The position numbers were made by a program, and so were the translations under genes. Shown here piece by piece: positions 10,617 through 21,600 of a DNA stretch of 64,000 nt. This DNA is from Deltaproteobacteria bacterium. Lineage in GTDB: Bacteria; Myxococcota_A; Polyangia; Polyangiales; Houyiibacteriaceae. Every line of letters starts with the position of its first letter. Position 1 is the first letter of the stretch. The notes under the pieces were generated by a model. That model ran no database searches. It was given only the letters and a program-made list of their open reading frames with translations, and was not told the origin of the DNA. Location: positions 1 through 64,000 of the forward strand of contig JAXMNT010000024.1 of assembly GCA_034670305.1 (NCBI GenBank), in the 5' to 3' direction.

Positions 10617-11691
10617 CGACGCCGATCGCGTCTGCGATGTTGTCGAAGCCGGCGTCCGTGACCGCCTGGGCGAGGCCTTGGCAGATGCGCTTCGGCAGGA
10701 GCGGGCCGCCGTAGATGAACGCGGTGTAGAGCTGGACGAGGGTGGCGCCCGCGCGGATCCGCGCCCACGCGTCCTCGGCGTTCTCGATGCCACCCACCGA
10801 GATCAAGAGCAACGAGTCGCCGGCGACGCGGCGGAGGCGCCGGAGCACATCGAGGCTCCGGGTCTTGAGCGGTGCGCCGCTGAGTCCGCCCGCGCCGAGT
10901 GCTTCCACCGTCGCGCTCGGCGTCTGAAGACCGCTGCGATCGATCGTGGTGTTGGTGGCGAGCACTCCGTCGAGCTCGAGCTCCATCGCCATGCGCGCGA
11001 CCGCCTCGATGTCGGCGTCGGCGAGGTCCGGTGCGATCTTCACGAGAAGCGGCACGCGCGCGTCGCTGTGCGCGTCGAGTGCGTCGCGGACCGCGCGCAG
11101 GAGCGGCGCGAGTTTCTCCACCGCCTGCAGGTCGCGCAGGCCCGGCGTGTTCGGACTCGAGACGTTGACGACGAAGTAGTCGGCGTGGCGGGCGAGCCGC
11201 TCGGTCGAGAGCACGTAGTCCGCGATGGCTTCGTCTTCCGGCACCACTTTGGTCTTGCCGATGTTCACGCCGACCAGCACCTCGCGTGGTTGGCTCAGCC
11301 GCGGCACCGCGGCGAGCGAGCCGCCGTTGTTGAAGCCCATTCGGTTGAGGAGCGCGCGGTCGGATTCGAGCCGAAAGAGGCGGGGCTTGGGGTTGCCCTC
11401 CTGGGGTTGCCCGGTGAGCGTTCCGATCTCGACGTGGCCGAACCCAAGCGCCCCGAGTGCTTCGAACCCGACCGCGTCCTTGTCGAACCCTGCGGCCAAT
11501 CCGAGCGGGTTCGGAAAGGTGCGTCCGAGCGCGCGCACTTCGAGTCGCGGGTCGCGCACCTGGGCCATCGAGCGCAGTCCGCCGGTGACGAGCGGGACCC
11601 TGGCGGCTCGACGGAGCGCACCGAACGCGAGGTGGTGGGCCACCTCGGCGTCCATCCGGTAGAGGAGCGGCCGAATCAACCGGTACAACAT
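10609..11691 (-). CDS. pyrD: Quinone-dependent dihydroorotate dehydrogenase (class 2)
   Basis: [42 protein letters not shown]. Confidence 0.96.
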   Translation of the reverse strand: MLYRLIRPLLYRMDAEVAHHLAFGALRRAARVPLVTGGLRSMAQVRDPRLEVRALGRTFPNPLGLAAGFDKDAVGFEALGALGFGHVEIGTLTGQPQEGNPKPRLFRLESDRALLNRMGFNNGGSLAAVPRLSQPREVLVGVNIGKTKVVPEDEAIADYVLSTERLARHADYFVVNVSSPNTPGLRDLQAVEKLAPLLRAVRDALDAHSDARVPLLVKIAPDLADADIEAVARMAMELELDGVLATNTTIDRSGLQTPSATVEALGAGGLSGAPLKTRSLDVLRRLRRVAGDSLLLISVGGIENAEDAWARIRAGATLVQLYTAFIYGGPLLPKRICQGLAQAVTDAGFDNIADAIGVDA

Positions 11692-11767
11692 GCTGGGACC
11701 ATGCCTCAACCCGGTCGGGAAGGCACGGCTGGGCTGCTCGGATGGGCTCGGCGCCCAGCCCCAGGCG

Positions 11768-13096
11768 CTACCAGTGTTCGTGCGCCCAGAGCGACTCGAC
11801 CGGCGGCCGCGCGCGCACGACCTTCATCAACGCGCCGTCCACCAGGACCTCCGCGGCGGGCACCCGCGCGTTGTAGGTCATCGACATCTCGCGACCGTAG
11901 GCGCCGGCGCCGTAGACCGCGAGCAAGTCGCCGGCCTGGACTTGCGGCAGGGGTCGCTCGAGCGCGAGGAAGTCGCCGCTCTCGCAGACCGGTCCGACCA
12001 CGTCGCAGGGACTGGTCTGTACGCCGAGCGTGGCGCTCGGAAGCGCCACCGGCGCGATGGCGTGGTAGGCCTCGTAGAGCGCGGGGCGAAGCAGCTCCGT
12101 CATGGCGGCGTCCACCACCACGAAGCGCCGCGTGCCCTGCGTCTTCACGTAGAGCACCCGGGTCAAGAGCACGCCTGCGGGGCCGACGAGCGCACGGCCT
12201 GGCTCGGTGATCAGATCGAACTCCGTCGCGCCCGACTGTCGGAGGCCTGCGGCGATGGCGCGCCCGAACTCGAGGGGCGGCGGGTAGGGGGCCGCTTCGC
12301 AGCCGTAGTGCATCGGCCAGCCGCCGCCGACGTCCAGGCTGCGCAACGACGCGCCCGCCGCGCGGCACTCGAGCGCGAATCGACCGAGGATCGCCACCGC
12401 TTCGGTCAGCGGCGCGGTGGAGCCGAGTTGGGAACCGATGTGGCACGCCACGCCTTCGAGCTGGAGGTCCGGGCTCGAGACGATGCGCCCGAGCACGCTG
12501 CGCGCGACGTCGAGCTCCAGGCCGAACTTGGTGCCGTGCAACCCCGTCGCGATGTACGGATGCGTCTCCGCGTCGACGTCCGGGTTCACCCGCAGGGCGA
12601 TGCGCGCCTTGGTACCCAGCGCCCGCGCTTCGGAGGCGACGACGTCCAGCTCGGGCACGCTCTCGACGTGGATCGCGCGGATGCCAGATTCGATCGCAGC
12701 GCGGATCTCCTCCGCACGTTTGCCGACGCCGCTGAACACGATGCGGGACGGATCGATGCCTGCGGTCTTCGCCCGGAGAAGCTCCCCGCCGGACACGATG
12801 TCGGCGCCGCAGCCGTGACCGGCCAAGCGCGCGAGAATCGCCATGTTGGCGTTGGCCTTGATGGCGTAGGCGATGAGCACGTCTCGATCGGTGGCCGCCG
12901 CCATCGCCGACCGGATGGCGCCGAACGCCGTGTCGATCTCTGCGCCGGAGTACACGTACGTCGGTGTCTGCTGGGCGAGCGCGATCGCGGCGAGGCTCAC
13001 GCCCTCGCAGTGCAACTTGCCGTCCTTGCGCGGGAACGAAGCCACTTCGGGCACCTCGGTGCGTGCGAAGGAAGGCGCTTTCGGTGCGTCGCCCAT
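11768..13096 (-). CDS. lysA: Diaminopimelate decarboxylase
   Basis: TPTYVY, YAIKAN (PLP Lys), [24 protein letters not shown]. Confidence 0.95.
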   Translation of the reverse strand: MGDAPKAPSFARTEVPEVASFPRKDGKLHCEGVSLAAIALAQQTPTYVYSGAEIDTAFGAIRSAMAAATDRDVLIAYAIKANANMAILARLAGHGCGADIVSGGELLRAKTAGIDPSRIVFSGVGKRAEEIRAAIESGIRAIHVESVPELDVVASEARALGTKARIALRVNPDVDAETHPYIATGLHGTKFGLELDVARSVLGRIVSSPDLQLEGVACHIGSQLGSTAPLTEAVAILGRFALECRAAGASLRSLDVGGGWPMHYGCEAAPYPPPLEFGRAIAAGLRQSGATEFDLITEPGRALVGPAGVLLTRVLYVKTQGTRRFVVVDAAMTELLRPALYEAYHAIAPVALPSATLGVQTSPCDVVGPVCESGDFLALERPLPQVQAGDLLAVYGAGAYGREMSMTYNARVPAAEVLVDGALMKVVRARPPVESLWAHEHW

Positions 13097-14490
13097 CAGC
13101 CGGCCTCCGCGCGCGTGGCGAGTCGCTGGGTCAGTTCTTCGATCGCTTCCAATACCCGCGCGCGGGCGGGGCCGCCGGGCAGGTCACGGCGCTCGACGGC
13201 GGTCTCCATGTCGAGGGCGGCGTACACCGTCTCGTCGAACGTCTCGTGTTCGGCCCGGAGTTCGGCGAGTGAGAGTTCGGAGAGCACTTTGCCCTCCCGC
13301 ACCGCCTTGCCCACGAGTCGGCCGACCACGTGGTGCGCGTCTCGAAACGGAACCCCGCGCGCGGCGAGCCAGTCGGCGAGTTCCGTCGCGTCCAGGAATC
13401 CTTCGCGCAGCGCGGCCTTCATCTTGTCGGCATCGAACACCGCGTCGCCGATCGCGCCGGTGAGTACTTCCAGCGTGTCGTCGACCGTGTCGAACGCGTC
13501 GAAGACGGGGGCTTTGTCCTCCTGCATGTCGCGGTTGTACGCGAGCGGCAGGCCCTTGAGCATCACCAGCAACGACACGAGGTCGCCCACCACCCGGCCG
13601 GTCTTGCCGCGCGCAAGCTCTGCCATGTCCGGGTTCTTCTTCTGCGGCATGATCGAGGAGCCGGTCGTGAACGCATCGCTCATCTGGACGAAGCCGAACT
13701 CCTGGCTCGACCACAGGACGAGCTCCTCGGCGATGCGGCTGAGGTGCACCGCGCAGTTGGCGAGTGCGGCCACGGCTTCCACCAGAAAGTCCCGGTCGCC
13801 GACCGCGTCCAGGCTGTTGCGCATCGGCCGCCGAAACCCGAGCGCCTTGGCGGTCATGTCGCGGTCGAGCGGGAAGGTGGTGCCGGCGAGCGCGGCGCAT
13901 CCGAGCGGCGACTCGTTCATGCGCTCGGCGGCGTCGAGGAGTCGGCCGCGGTCTCGGTCGAGCATCTCCGCCCACGCGAGCAGATGGTGGGCGAGCCGCA
14001 CCGGCTGGGCGCGCTGCAGGTGCGTGTAGCCCGGCAAGAGGACCTCGACGGTGTCGGCGGCGCGTCGCGCGAGCATGGCGAGCATCCGGTCGATGCGGGC
14101 TGCGGTGTCCCAGCAGGCGTCGCGGGTCCAGATGCGCATGTCGGTCGCGACCTGATCGTTTCGGCTGCGCCCGGTGTGGAGTTTGCCGCCCACCGATCCG
14201 ATCCGGTCGCTGAGGGTGGCTTCGAGGTTCATGTGCACGTCCTCGCGCGCATCGCTCCACTCGAAGTCCCCGGCCGCGACTTCGGCGCCGATGCTCTCGA
14301 GGCCCGCCACGATCGCATCCGCTTCGTCCGCGGTCACCACACCGCGCGCGGCGAGCATTCGGACGTGCGCGATCGATCCACGGATGTCTTGCGGCGCGAG
14401 GCGCTGATCGACATCCACGCTTGCGCTGTAGCGCAACGCGACCGCGTCGAGCCCACCTTCGAACCGTCCGCCCCAAGCTTTGTCCGACAT
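13096..14490 (-). CDS. argH: Argininosuccinate lyase
   Basis: WGGRF N-terminus, LHTGRSRNDQVATD, PGYTHLQRAQP, TGSSIMPQKKNPD. Confidence 0.97.
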   Translation of the reverse strand: MSDKAWGGRFEGGLDAVALRYSASVDVDQRLAPQDIRGSIAHVRMLAARGVVTADEADAIVAGLESIGAEVAAGDFEWSDAREDVHMNLEATLSDRIGSVGGKLHTGRSRNDQVATDMRIWTRDACWDTAARIDRMLAMLARRAADTVEVLLPGYTHLQRAQPVRLAHHLLAWAEMLDRDRGRLLDAAERMNESPLGCAALAGTTFPLDRDMTAKALGFRRPMRNSLDAVGDRDFLVEAVAALANCAVHLSRIAEELVLWSSQEFGFVQMSDAFTTGSSIMPQKKNPDMAELARGKTGRVVGDLVSLLVMLKGLPLAYNRDMQEDKAPVFDAFDTVDDTLEVLTGAIGDAVFDADKMKAALREGFLDATELADWLAARGVPFRDAHHVVGRLVGKAVREGKVLSELSLAELRAEHETFDETVYAALDMETAVERRDLPGGPARARVLEAIEELTQRLATRAEAG

Positions 14491-14549
14491 AGGGCGCGGG
14501 AATAGCACGTGCCGGCCAAACCGCGACCGGCGACGCCCGGCGCGCGGTT

Positions 14550-15003
<454 letters not shown>

Positions 15004-15018
15004 CGAGACGGAGGCCGC

Positions 15019-17217
15019 CTAGCGGGGCGGGATTCGGAGTTCGATGCGTCGGAGGAGGCGGGCGCCGGCGGGGAGGGCGAAGGCGTCGATGGCGACGGCG
15101 GCGAGGGCGGCGACGCCGGGGGCGACCCAGCCGAGGGCGGCGCCGGCGACGAGCGGCGCACCGGCGCCCACGGAGAGCAGCACGCCGCGGAGTGCTTCGC
15201 TTCGGGCGGCGCGCGCCATCCAGAGGGCAGCGGAGGCGTCGCGAATGTCGGTCGTCGCCAGCGCGATGCCTCGGTCGGCGCCGGGGCTGCCAGCGGCGCT
15301 GAGCAGGATGGGGACTTCGGCGGCGGCCAGCATCTCGTCGTCGGCCCCGCGCCGGCCCACCGCGGCGACGAGCCCACCAGAGGCGCCGAGCCGGCGCACT
15401 TCTTCGCCGCGTTCTTCGGGAAGCAGCTCGGCCTTCACGAGGTTGACGTCGAGTTGCCGCGCGATGACTTCGACGGTGGCGCGGCTGTCCCCGGAGACGA
15501 GGACCACGACGATGCGCTGGTCGAACATGCGCTGCACCGCGGCCCGCGCACCGATGCCGACCTCGTCGCGGAGCGAGAGCACCGCGCGCACGCGTCCTCC
15601 CACACCCAAGAAGAGCGCGGTGTGGCCCCGGCTCTCGCCGCGCGCGGCGGCGGCATCGGCGACGGCCACGCTGATGCTGTGATCGAGGAGCAACTGTCGG
15701 TTGCCGAGCACCGCCGTCTCCCCCGACGCGGTCAGGGCCGTCACGCCGCGCGCGGGGTGGTGGACGACCCGTCGCACCGTGGCGGGCGTGAGGCCGTGTG
15801 CTTTGGCGTAGCGGACGACGGCGTCGCCGAGCGGATGGCTCGCGGCGGCGCCTTCCATGCCCGCGGCGAGTGACATCAGCGGACCGGCGTCTTCGTCGCC
15901 CACGACGCTGATCTCGGTGACTTCCGGCCGGCCTTCGGTGATGGTGCCGGCGGTTCCGAGGGCGGTGGTCGCGACCCGGCCAGCGTCTTCGAGGGCGCGC
16001 GGGTCATGAAAGACGATGCCGCGCGCGGCCGCGCTCGTGGCGGCGGCCACGAGCGGGGCTTCCGCGGAGCGACGCGCGGCGAGCAGCGGCGCGGCGACCA
16101 GCACAGCGGCGGCGGCGGTCAGCGCGCCCGCGAGGCCCGGTTCGCCGGTCAACGCCAGTCCGAAGAGCGCGAAGAGCACCGCCGCCACCCCGCCCCACCG
16201 GGCGACCTGCTCGGCGAGTCGGACCACGCGTGCGCCGCCGCGTTGGGCTGTGCCGAACTCGGCGCCGCGACAGATGGCGCGATCCTCTCCCACTCGGGTG
16301 GCAAGCAACCGGAGCGCGCCTTCGGTGACCCGGGCACCGGCGAGCACGGAGTCGCCCGCCGAAACGCGCACCGGCGTCTGCGCGGTCGTGTGGGTGAGCA
16401 CCCAGCCGTCGCCGCCCTGGACGACTCCGTCGACCCCCACGACTTCCCCTTCGACCGCGAAGATCTCTTCGCCGGTTCGGATCCGGCTCGTGCGTACTTC
16501 TTCGTAGCGCAGTTGCGGGTCTTGATCTTCGATCGGCACCCGCACTCGAACCGGCAGTGGCCGTCGCAGCTCGCGCACCACGGCGTCGACCGGCTGTCGC
16601 GCCTTCGCGTCGAGCCAAGTGCGCACGATCATGGCGCCGGCGGCGACCGCGGCCCCGGCCAAGAGCGAGCGCGCCTCCGCGTCCTGAACCCGCGCGATGA
16701 ACGCCGCGATGGCAGCGAGGATGGCCCCGGCCGGGCCCACCGCGCAGGGAAGCCAGCCGACCTGGCGCGCGATCGATCGACTTCGAACGAGCGCGATCAA
16801 CGCCACCAAGACGGTGATGCCGGCGGACGCGGCCGCGATGCTCTCGCGGCCGGACGCGAACGCCAACCCGAAGCCGATGGCGCAGAGAGCGAGGGTGGCC
16901 AGCGGCGCGGCGGGTGGCGGCGTGACGTTCAAGGACGCGAACGAGGAGATGTCCGCCGAGGTCGAGGCCGACGCGAGGTCGATGCGGGGGCGCGTCGCTT
17001 CGCGGACGCGCTCGGGCACGCTGCGGGGCGGGAGCGGTCGTGCGGCACGGGCTTCGTGGGCACGGGAGCCCCCTTGAAACGCGCGCAGGCAGGCCTCGCT
17101 GCAGAGGTATCGGACCCCATCGTCGAGGGCGAGCACCCGGGCAGCGCGGAGCGGGTCGGTGTCTTGGCCACACGCGGGGCAAGGAACCGGATCGAGCTGT
17201 GGGCGCGCAGGGTGCAC
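15019..17217 (-). CDS. Heavy-metal P1B-type ATPase-like protein with N-terminal TRASH/YHS-like motif; catalytic motifs degenerate
   Basis: CPACG..TDP...YLCSEAC; overall P-ATPase layout with SHPLG, AELLPE, SGD; GTAGT replaces DKTGT, TTAQ replaces TGES, AAP replaces CPC. Confidence 0.75.
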   Translation of the reverse strand: MHPARPQLDPVPCPACGQDTDPLRAARVLALDDGVRYLCSEACLRAFQGGSRAHEARAARPLPPRSVPERVREATRPRIDLASASTSADISSFASLNVTPPPAAPLATLALCAIGFGLAFASGRESIAAASAGITVLVALIALVRSRSIARQVGWLPCAVGPAGAILAAIAAFIARVQDAEARSLLAGAAVAAGAMIVRTWLDAKARQPVDAVVRELRRPLPVRVRVPIEDQDPQLRYEEVRTSRIRTGEEIFAVEGEVVGVDGVVQGGDGWVLTHTTAQTPVRVSAGDSVLAGARVTEGALRLLATRVGEDRAICRGAEFGTAQRGGARVVRLAEQVARWGGVAAVLFALFGLALTGEPGLAGALTAAAAVLVAAPLLAARRSAEAPLVAAATSAAARGIVFHDPRALEDAGRVATTALGTAGTITEGRPEVTEISVVGDEDAGPLMSLAAGMEGAAASHPLGDAVVRYAKAHGLTPATVRRVVHHPARGVTALTASGETAVLGNRQLLLDHSISVAVADAAAARGESRGHTALFLGVGGRVRAVLSLRDEVGIGARAAVQRMFDQRIVVVLVSGDSRATVEVIARQLDVNLVKAELLPEERGEEVRRLGASGGLVAAVGRRGADDEMLAAAEVPILLSAAGSPGADRGIALATTDIRDASAALWMARAARSEALRGVLLSVGAGAPLVAGAALGWVAPGVAALAAVAIDAFALPAGARLLRRIELRIPPR

Positions 17218-17359
17218 CCCTGGCCATGTCGCACTCGCCCGGCGCCTTCAAGCGGCGGCCCCGATTCCCGAAGCGTTGGTTCTCGGTGAGAACGACCGTG
17301 CGTCTGCGAAAGCCGTCGAAAAATGGACCGATGGAGGCGCGATGTGCGAGCAGGGAGGC

Positions 17360-19039
17360 ATGTCCCTTCGTGGGTGCGTATTCGCCTGTTTGGTGGTCGC
17401 GTGCGGCGAGCCACTCGTGGTTCAGCCCTTGACGGAACCGACCCCCCCGCCCCCGACCGAGGTCGCGCCTGTGGCTGCTTCGCCGCGGTCGGAGCCAGCG
17501 CCGGTCCAGCGGGCGCCGGAACCTCCGCGCGGACCCACCGAGGAAGAGATCGCGGAGGCCCGGGCCGAGGCGGCGCGCGAGGCGTTCGAAGCAGCGTTTC
17601 CCAACCACGGGGTCAGCTTTCACTTTCTCGCGCGGGTGCGCGCGCGGCCCCACCACGAAGCGGCGGTGGTCGGCTACATGCGGCGCGGCGCGAACTTCCG
17701 CGCGAGCGAGCGGGTTCCCGGGGTCGGGTGTGCGCGCGGCTGGTTCGAGGTGCCCGGCGAGGGGTTCGTCTGCCGCGGCGAAGGATTCCTGATCGGCGCG
17801 GAGCCCCAGGTGTTCGAGCCGTCGCCGAGTCCCCCGGCGCTCGAGGATCCGCTCCCCTACCGGTACGTCTACACCGCGCGCGCGGACGTCGCGCAGTACT
17901 GGCGCCTTCCCACGGTGGGCGAGGAGTCGACCGCCAACGACACCTTCGAGTCGATGCGGTCGGCGGAGGCCGAACGGTTGCGCCGACTGTCTGCGCCGCC
18001 ACCCCCGCCGCCCAGCGTGGATGCCGGGGACGACGGGGGCGAGGTGGCGGGCGACGTCGAGGAGACGCCGGAGCCAGATGCGATCGTGGAGGCCGAGAAC
18101 GAGATCGAAGCGCCGGCACCGCCGGGCAGCAGCGACGCGGAGGTGGAAGACGCGGTCGACGAAGAGCAGGCGCCCGACCCGAGCCTCGTCGCCATGGCGC
18201 AAGGCGAGATCCAGATCCCCGACTTCGTGCGACTGCGCATGGGCCGTGGCTTCTACATGAGCGTGGACGCGGAAGAGCGCGACGAACGGCGCCCCTTCTG
18301 GCGGACGATTCGCGGCGCCTACGTGCGCGCAGACCAGGTCTCGACCAACGAGCCGCCGACCCACCGCGGGGTGGTGGTCGGTGGCGCCTGGCAGTTGCCG
18401 ATCGGCTTTGTCTACCGCGGTGGCACGCGTCGACTTCGCCGCGTGGCCGCCACCGAGCGGTTCCGAAACGCGGGCACACTCGAGCGGCACACCCCGGTGG
18501 TCGCGGCCGAGACCCTCCAGCGCAACGGCCAGGACTACATCGTGACCGCCGATGGGTTCATCGTACGTCGCAACGCGATTCGACTCGCCGAGCAGTCGGA
18601 GCGGCCGTCCGAAGTCGGCGAAGACGAACGCTGGATCGACGTGGATCTCTCCGAACAGATCTTGGTGGCCTACGAGGGCGACCGGCCGGTGTTCGTGACG
18701 ACGGTCTCCACGGGTCGCGACGGACACGACACGCCTTTGGGTCTGTTCCAGATCAAGTCCAAACACGTCTCGACCACCATGGACGACCTCGACGCGGGCG
18801 AAGAGAGCTACCTGATCGAAGACGTGCCGTGGACGATGTACTTCGAAGGCAACTATGCGATGCACGCGGCGTTCTGGCACTCCGGCTTCGGCCGGGTGCG
18901 GAGCCACGGGTGCGTGAACCTGGCGCCGGCCGACGCACGCTGGGTGTTCCAGTGGTCGCTGCCGATGTTGCCGGCTTCCTGGCATGGCGTCTTCAGCGAG
19001 CGCGGCCGCCCCGGCACCTGGATCCGCATCCGGGACTGA
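17360..19039 (+). CDS. L,D-transpeptidase (YkuD family) lipoprotein
   Basis: GGAGG RBS; lipobox VVAC; WIDVDLSEQ, VSTG, TP.G.F, HAAFWH..FG..SHGCVNL. Confidence 0.9.
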   Translation: MSLRGCVFACLVVACGEPLVVQPLTEPTPPPPTEVAPVAASPRSEPAPVQRAPEPPRGPTEEEIAEARAEAAREAFEAAFPNHGVSFHFLARVRARPHHEAAVVGYMRRGANFRASERVPGVGCARGWFEVPGEGFVCRGEGFLIGAEPQVFEPSPSPPALEDPLPYRYVYTARADVAQYWRLPTVGEESTANDTFESMRSAEAERLRRLSAPPPPPPSVDAGDDGGEVAGDVEETPEPDAIVEAENEIEAPAPPGSSDAEVEDAVDEEQAPDPSLVAMAQGEIQIPDFVRLRMGRGFYMSVDAEERDERRPFWRTIRGAYVRADQVSTNEPPTHRGVVVGGAWQLPIGFVYRGGTRRLRRVAATERFRNAGTLERHTPVVAAETLQRNGQDYIVTADGFIVRRNAIRLAEQSERPSEVGEDERWIDVDLSEQILVAYEGDRPVFVTTVSTGRDGHDTPLGLFQIKSKHVSTTMDDLDAGEESYLIEDVPWTMYFEGNYAMHAAFWHSGFGRVRSHGCVNLAPADARWVFQWSLPMLPASWHGVFSERGRPGTWIRIRD

Positions 19040-19048
19040 GTCGGGACC

Positions 19049-19205
19049 GAGTCGGCTTCGGCTTCGGCTTCGGCTTCGGCTTCGGAGTCGGCTTCGGAGT
19101 CGGCTTCGGCTTCGGCTTCGGAGTCGGCTTCGGAGTCGGCTTCGCCTAGTCGGCTTCGGCTTCTACTTCGGAGTCAGCTTCGGCTTCGGGGTCGGCTTCG
19201 GAGTC
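19049..19205. repeat. Hexamer core tract R3 (GGCTTC/GGAGTC)n
   Basis: Direct reading; no G/C cap seen. Confidence 0.9.
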
Positions 19206-19248
19206 CGCGCCCGACGCGATCGGCGTTGGAACTGCGGTAGGCTGCGGC

Positions 19249-20553
19249 ATGCGTTCCCTCCTGGCCACCATGCTCATCTTGCTCGCGGCTTGTTCCGAGG
19301 ATGGGTCCTCGCTGCTCGTCGACGTGCGGACGGACTTGGTGCCCGGTGTGGAGTTCGACGGGGTGCGCGTGACGCTTGGCGACGACACGCGCGAAGTGCT
19401 CGCTGGCGGTCGCGACTTTCTCTCCGGGGTCCGGGCGGCGACCTTCGAAGGGGTGTCGTCCGGCAACGTGCGCCTCCAGGTCGAGGTGCTGATGGGTGCC
19501 CGTGTGGTGGTGACCCGACCGGTGGAGGTGCTCGTGCGCGGTCAGACCGCGGTGACGGTCGCCATCACCCGATCCTGCTTGGGCATCGCCTGTCCCGGCG
19601 ACGACCCCAGTCAAACGGCGTGCCTCGGCGGCGTGTGTGTCGACCCGGGCTGCGTGGACGAGCGGCTCGAGCGGTGTTTCGAAGACCCGCTCTGCGAGGC
19701 GGCGGCCGACTGCCCCCCGCGCGCCGCGTGCGCCACGCCCGTCTGTACGTCCGGGAGCTGCGTCTACGACGGACGTGACGGGTGCGGCGACGCCGAATAC
19801 TGCGATCCGGCGGTCGGGTGTCGACCGCGCCTCGAGATGGACGCGGGCCCGGGCGATGCCGGTGCACGCGACGCGGGCCCCGAGGATGCGGGGGAACCAG
19901 AAGACGCCAACCCGGACGCCGCGGCAGACGGTGGAGCCGACGCGGGCAACGACGCCGGGACGGATGCGGGAACCGACGCCGGCACCGACGCCGGTTGTCC
20001 GCGCAACCTCGGGTGCAGCTACGGCACGCCCGGGGAGTGCGCGTGCGGCTGGACCTGTCTGCTCTTCGGCGAGGGCACCGGATGTCGCGAACCGGGTCCC
20101 AACGAGCTCGGCGAAGCCTGCAACGTGTCCACCGATCCCTGTGTCTCGGGCCTCGAGTGCGTGGAGCCGCCCTTCACGACCGACGTGTGCCGGCGCGTGT
20201 GCGACGTCCCCGCGTCGTGTGGTCCGGGCGCGTGGGCTTGCGTCGGGTTCGCGGATGGCGGGGAGGGCGGCATCTGTCGGCAGCTCGACTGCGACCTCGT
20301 CGCCCAGGACTGCGAGATCGGCGAAGGATGTTTTCCAGACACGACGATCGGTCGCAACAAGTGTGAGGACCCAGGCCATCAGACGGTCGGACAGCCGTGC
20401 GACGCGGGCAACGGCTGTGTCCCCGGCACGGTGTGCATCGGGTCGGGCGGGTTCTTCTGCCGAGAACTCTGCGACCCGGACGGCGCCGACACGTGTTCGT
20501 CCGGAACCTGTACTCGGGGCACCGCGCCGCCGGTGTGGGGCGTTTGTCTCTGA
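19249..20553 (+). CDS. Cys-rich lipoprotein with DAG linker
   Basis: Lipobox LAAC; many Cys-rich modules; DAG-repeat linker. Confidence 0.8.
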   Translation: MRSLLATMLILLAACSEDGSSLLVDVRTDLVPGVEFDGVRVTLGDDTREVLAGGRDFLSGVRAATFEGVSSGNVRLQVEVLMGARVVVTRPVEVLVRGQTAVTVAITRSCLGIACPGDDPSQTACLGGVCVDPGCVDERLERCFEDPLCEAAADCPPRAACATPVCTSGSCVYDGRDGCGDAEYCDPAVGCRPRLEMDAGPGDAGARDAGPEDAGEPEDANPDAAADGGADAGNDAGTDAGTDAGTDAGCPRNLGCSYGTPGECACGWTCLLFGEGTGCREPGPNELGEACNVSTDPCVSGLECVEPPFTTDVCRRVCDVPASCGPGAWACVGFADGGEGGICRQLDCDLVAQDCEIGEGCFPDTTIGRNKCEDPGHQTVGQPCDAGNGCVPGTVCIGSGGFFCRELCDPDGADTCSSGTCTRGTAPPVWGVCL

Positions 20554-20617
20554 CGGAGGCCTCAGGCCGCACACGAGGGCGTTTCGGTGCGCGCGTCAAA
20601 CCCGTTACCCTGGGGCC

Positions 20618-21511
20618 ATGACCTTGCTTCGTTTGGGATGTGGTGTGCTCTGTCTGGGGCTCCTGGCGTGTGGTGACGACGACGCGGGCGTGCCGACGCG
20701 GGACAGCGGCGCGGTCGACGCGCCTACGGAACAAGATGGGGGCGCAGTCGACGGGGCCACCGAAGACAGCGGCGGCGTGGACGGCGGCGGGGTGGATGCA
20801 CCTTCGACCGAAGACGCGGGCATGGAAGACGCCGGCCCGGCGGAAGACTCGGGCCCCCCGGAGGATGGTGGAAGCGTCGACACCGGCGTCGTCTCGATGC
20901 CCTGCACCGCACCCGGCGCGTGCGACCCCTTCGATCCCGACGCGTGCGGCGCCGACATGAACTGCGTGCTCGGTTCCGACGACATGACGGTCTGCCGGGC
21001 CAGCACCGGCACGGCGGCGACCGGCGCCACGTGCAGCCGCGCGGAGGACTGCGCGGGTGGCCACATCTGCATCAACTTCGGCGGCGAAGCCACGTGCCAG
21101 CAAATGTGTCCCGATGGGAGCATCGGGTTCTGCAGTGGGTCCGAGAACCGATGTTCGGGCGGCATCGGCGACGAGTGCGTGCGCTTCTGTCAGCCGCGTT
21201 CCGAGCCCTGCGACATCTACGCGCAGGACTGCGTCGACCCCGAAGACGGCTGCAACTTCTCGACCGATCCGGAGACCGGCGCGCGCTACACCGGCTGCCG
21301 CCCGGCGGGACCGCAGACCCTCGGCGAAGCGTGTGGCAGCGACCCCGGCTTCTGCGCGCGGGGCCTCGTGTGCATCCGAGTCGATGGCGAGGCGACCTGC
21401 CACGAGGTCTGCGACGCCGAGGACCCGACCGACATCTGCAGCGATGTCGGTCAGACCTGCTCGGGCCTGAGCACCGGGTTCATGGTGACGTACTGCCGCG
21501 ACGCCTCGTAG
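20618..21511 (+). CDS. Cys-rich lipoprotein with acidic DAG/DSG linker
   Basis: MTLLRLGCGVLCLGLLAC-GDDD; Cys modules resembling the C-terminal half of the upstream gene. Confidence 0.8.
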   Translation: MTLLRLGCGVLCLGLLACGDDDAGVPTRDSGAVDAPTEQDGGAVDGATEDSGGVDGGGVDAPSTEDAGMEDAGPAEDSGPPEDGGSVDTGVVSMPCTAPGACDPFDPDACGADMNCVLGSDDMTVCRASTGTAATGATCSRAEDCAGGHICINFGGEATCQQMCPDGSIGFCSGSENRCSGGIGDECVRFCQPRSEPCDIYAQDCVDPEDGCNFSTDPETGARYTGCRPAGPQTLGEACGSDPGFCARGLVCIRVDGEATCHEVCDAEDPTDICSDVGQTCSGLSTGFMVTYCRDAS

Positions 21512-21524
21512 GTCGCGATAGCGA

Positions 21525-21551
21525 CCCTTGCCCTTGCCCTTTGCCCTTGCC
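21525..21551. repeat. Isolated (CCCTTG)n cap tract R4
   Basis: Four CCC runs starting 14 nt after the stop at 21511. Confidence 0.75.
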
Positions 21552-21600
21552 GCGCCGGCCGGAAGGGTGCCGGCGAGACGTGATGGGGAGTCGCAGCGCT

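Noticed and set aside
15019-17217. Calling the ATPase-like gene a functional Cu/Zn exporter (copA/zntA) or a pseudogene
   Set aside because: Catalytic and metal-site motifs are absent, yet the frame is intact, so neither label is supported.
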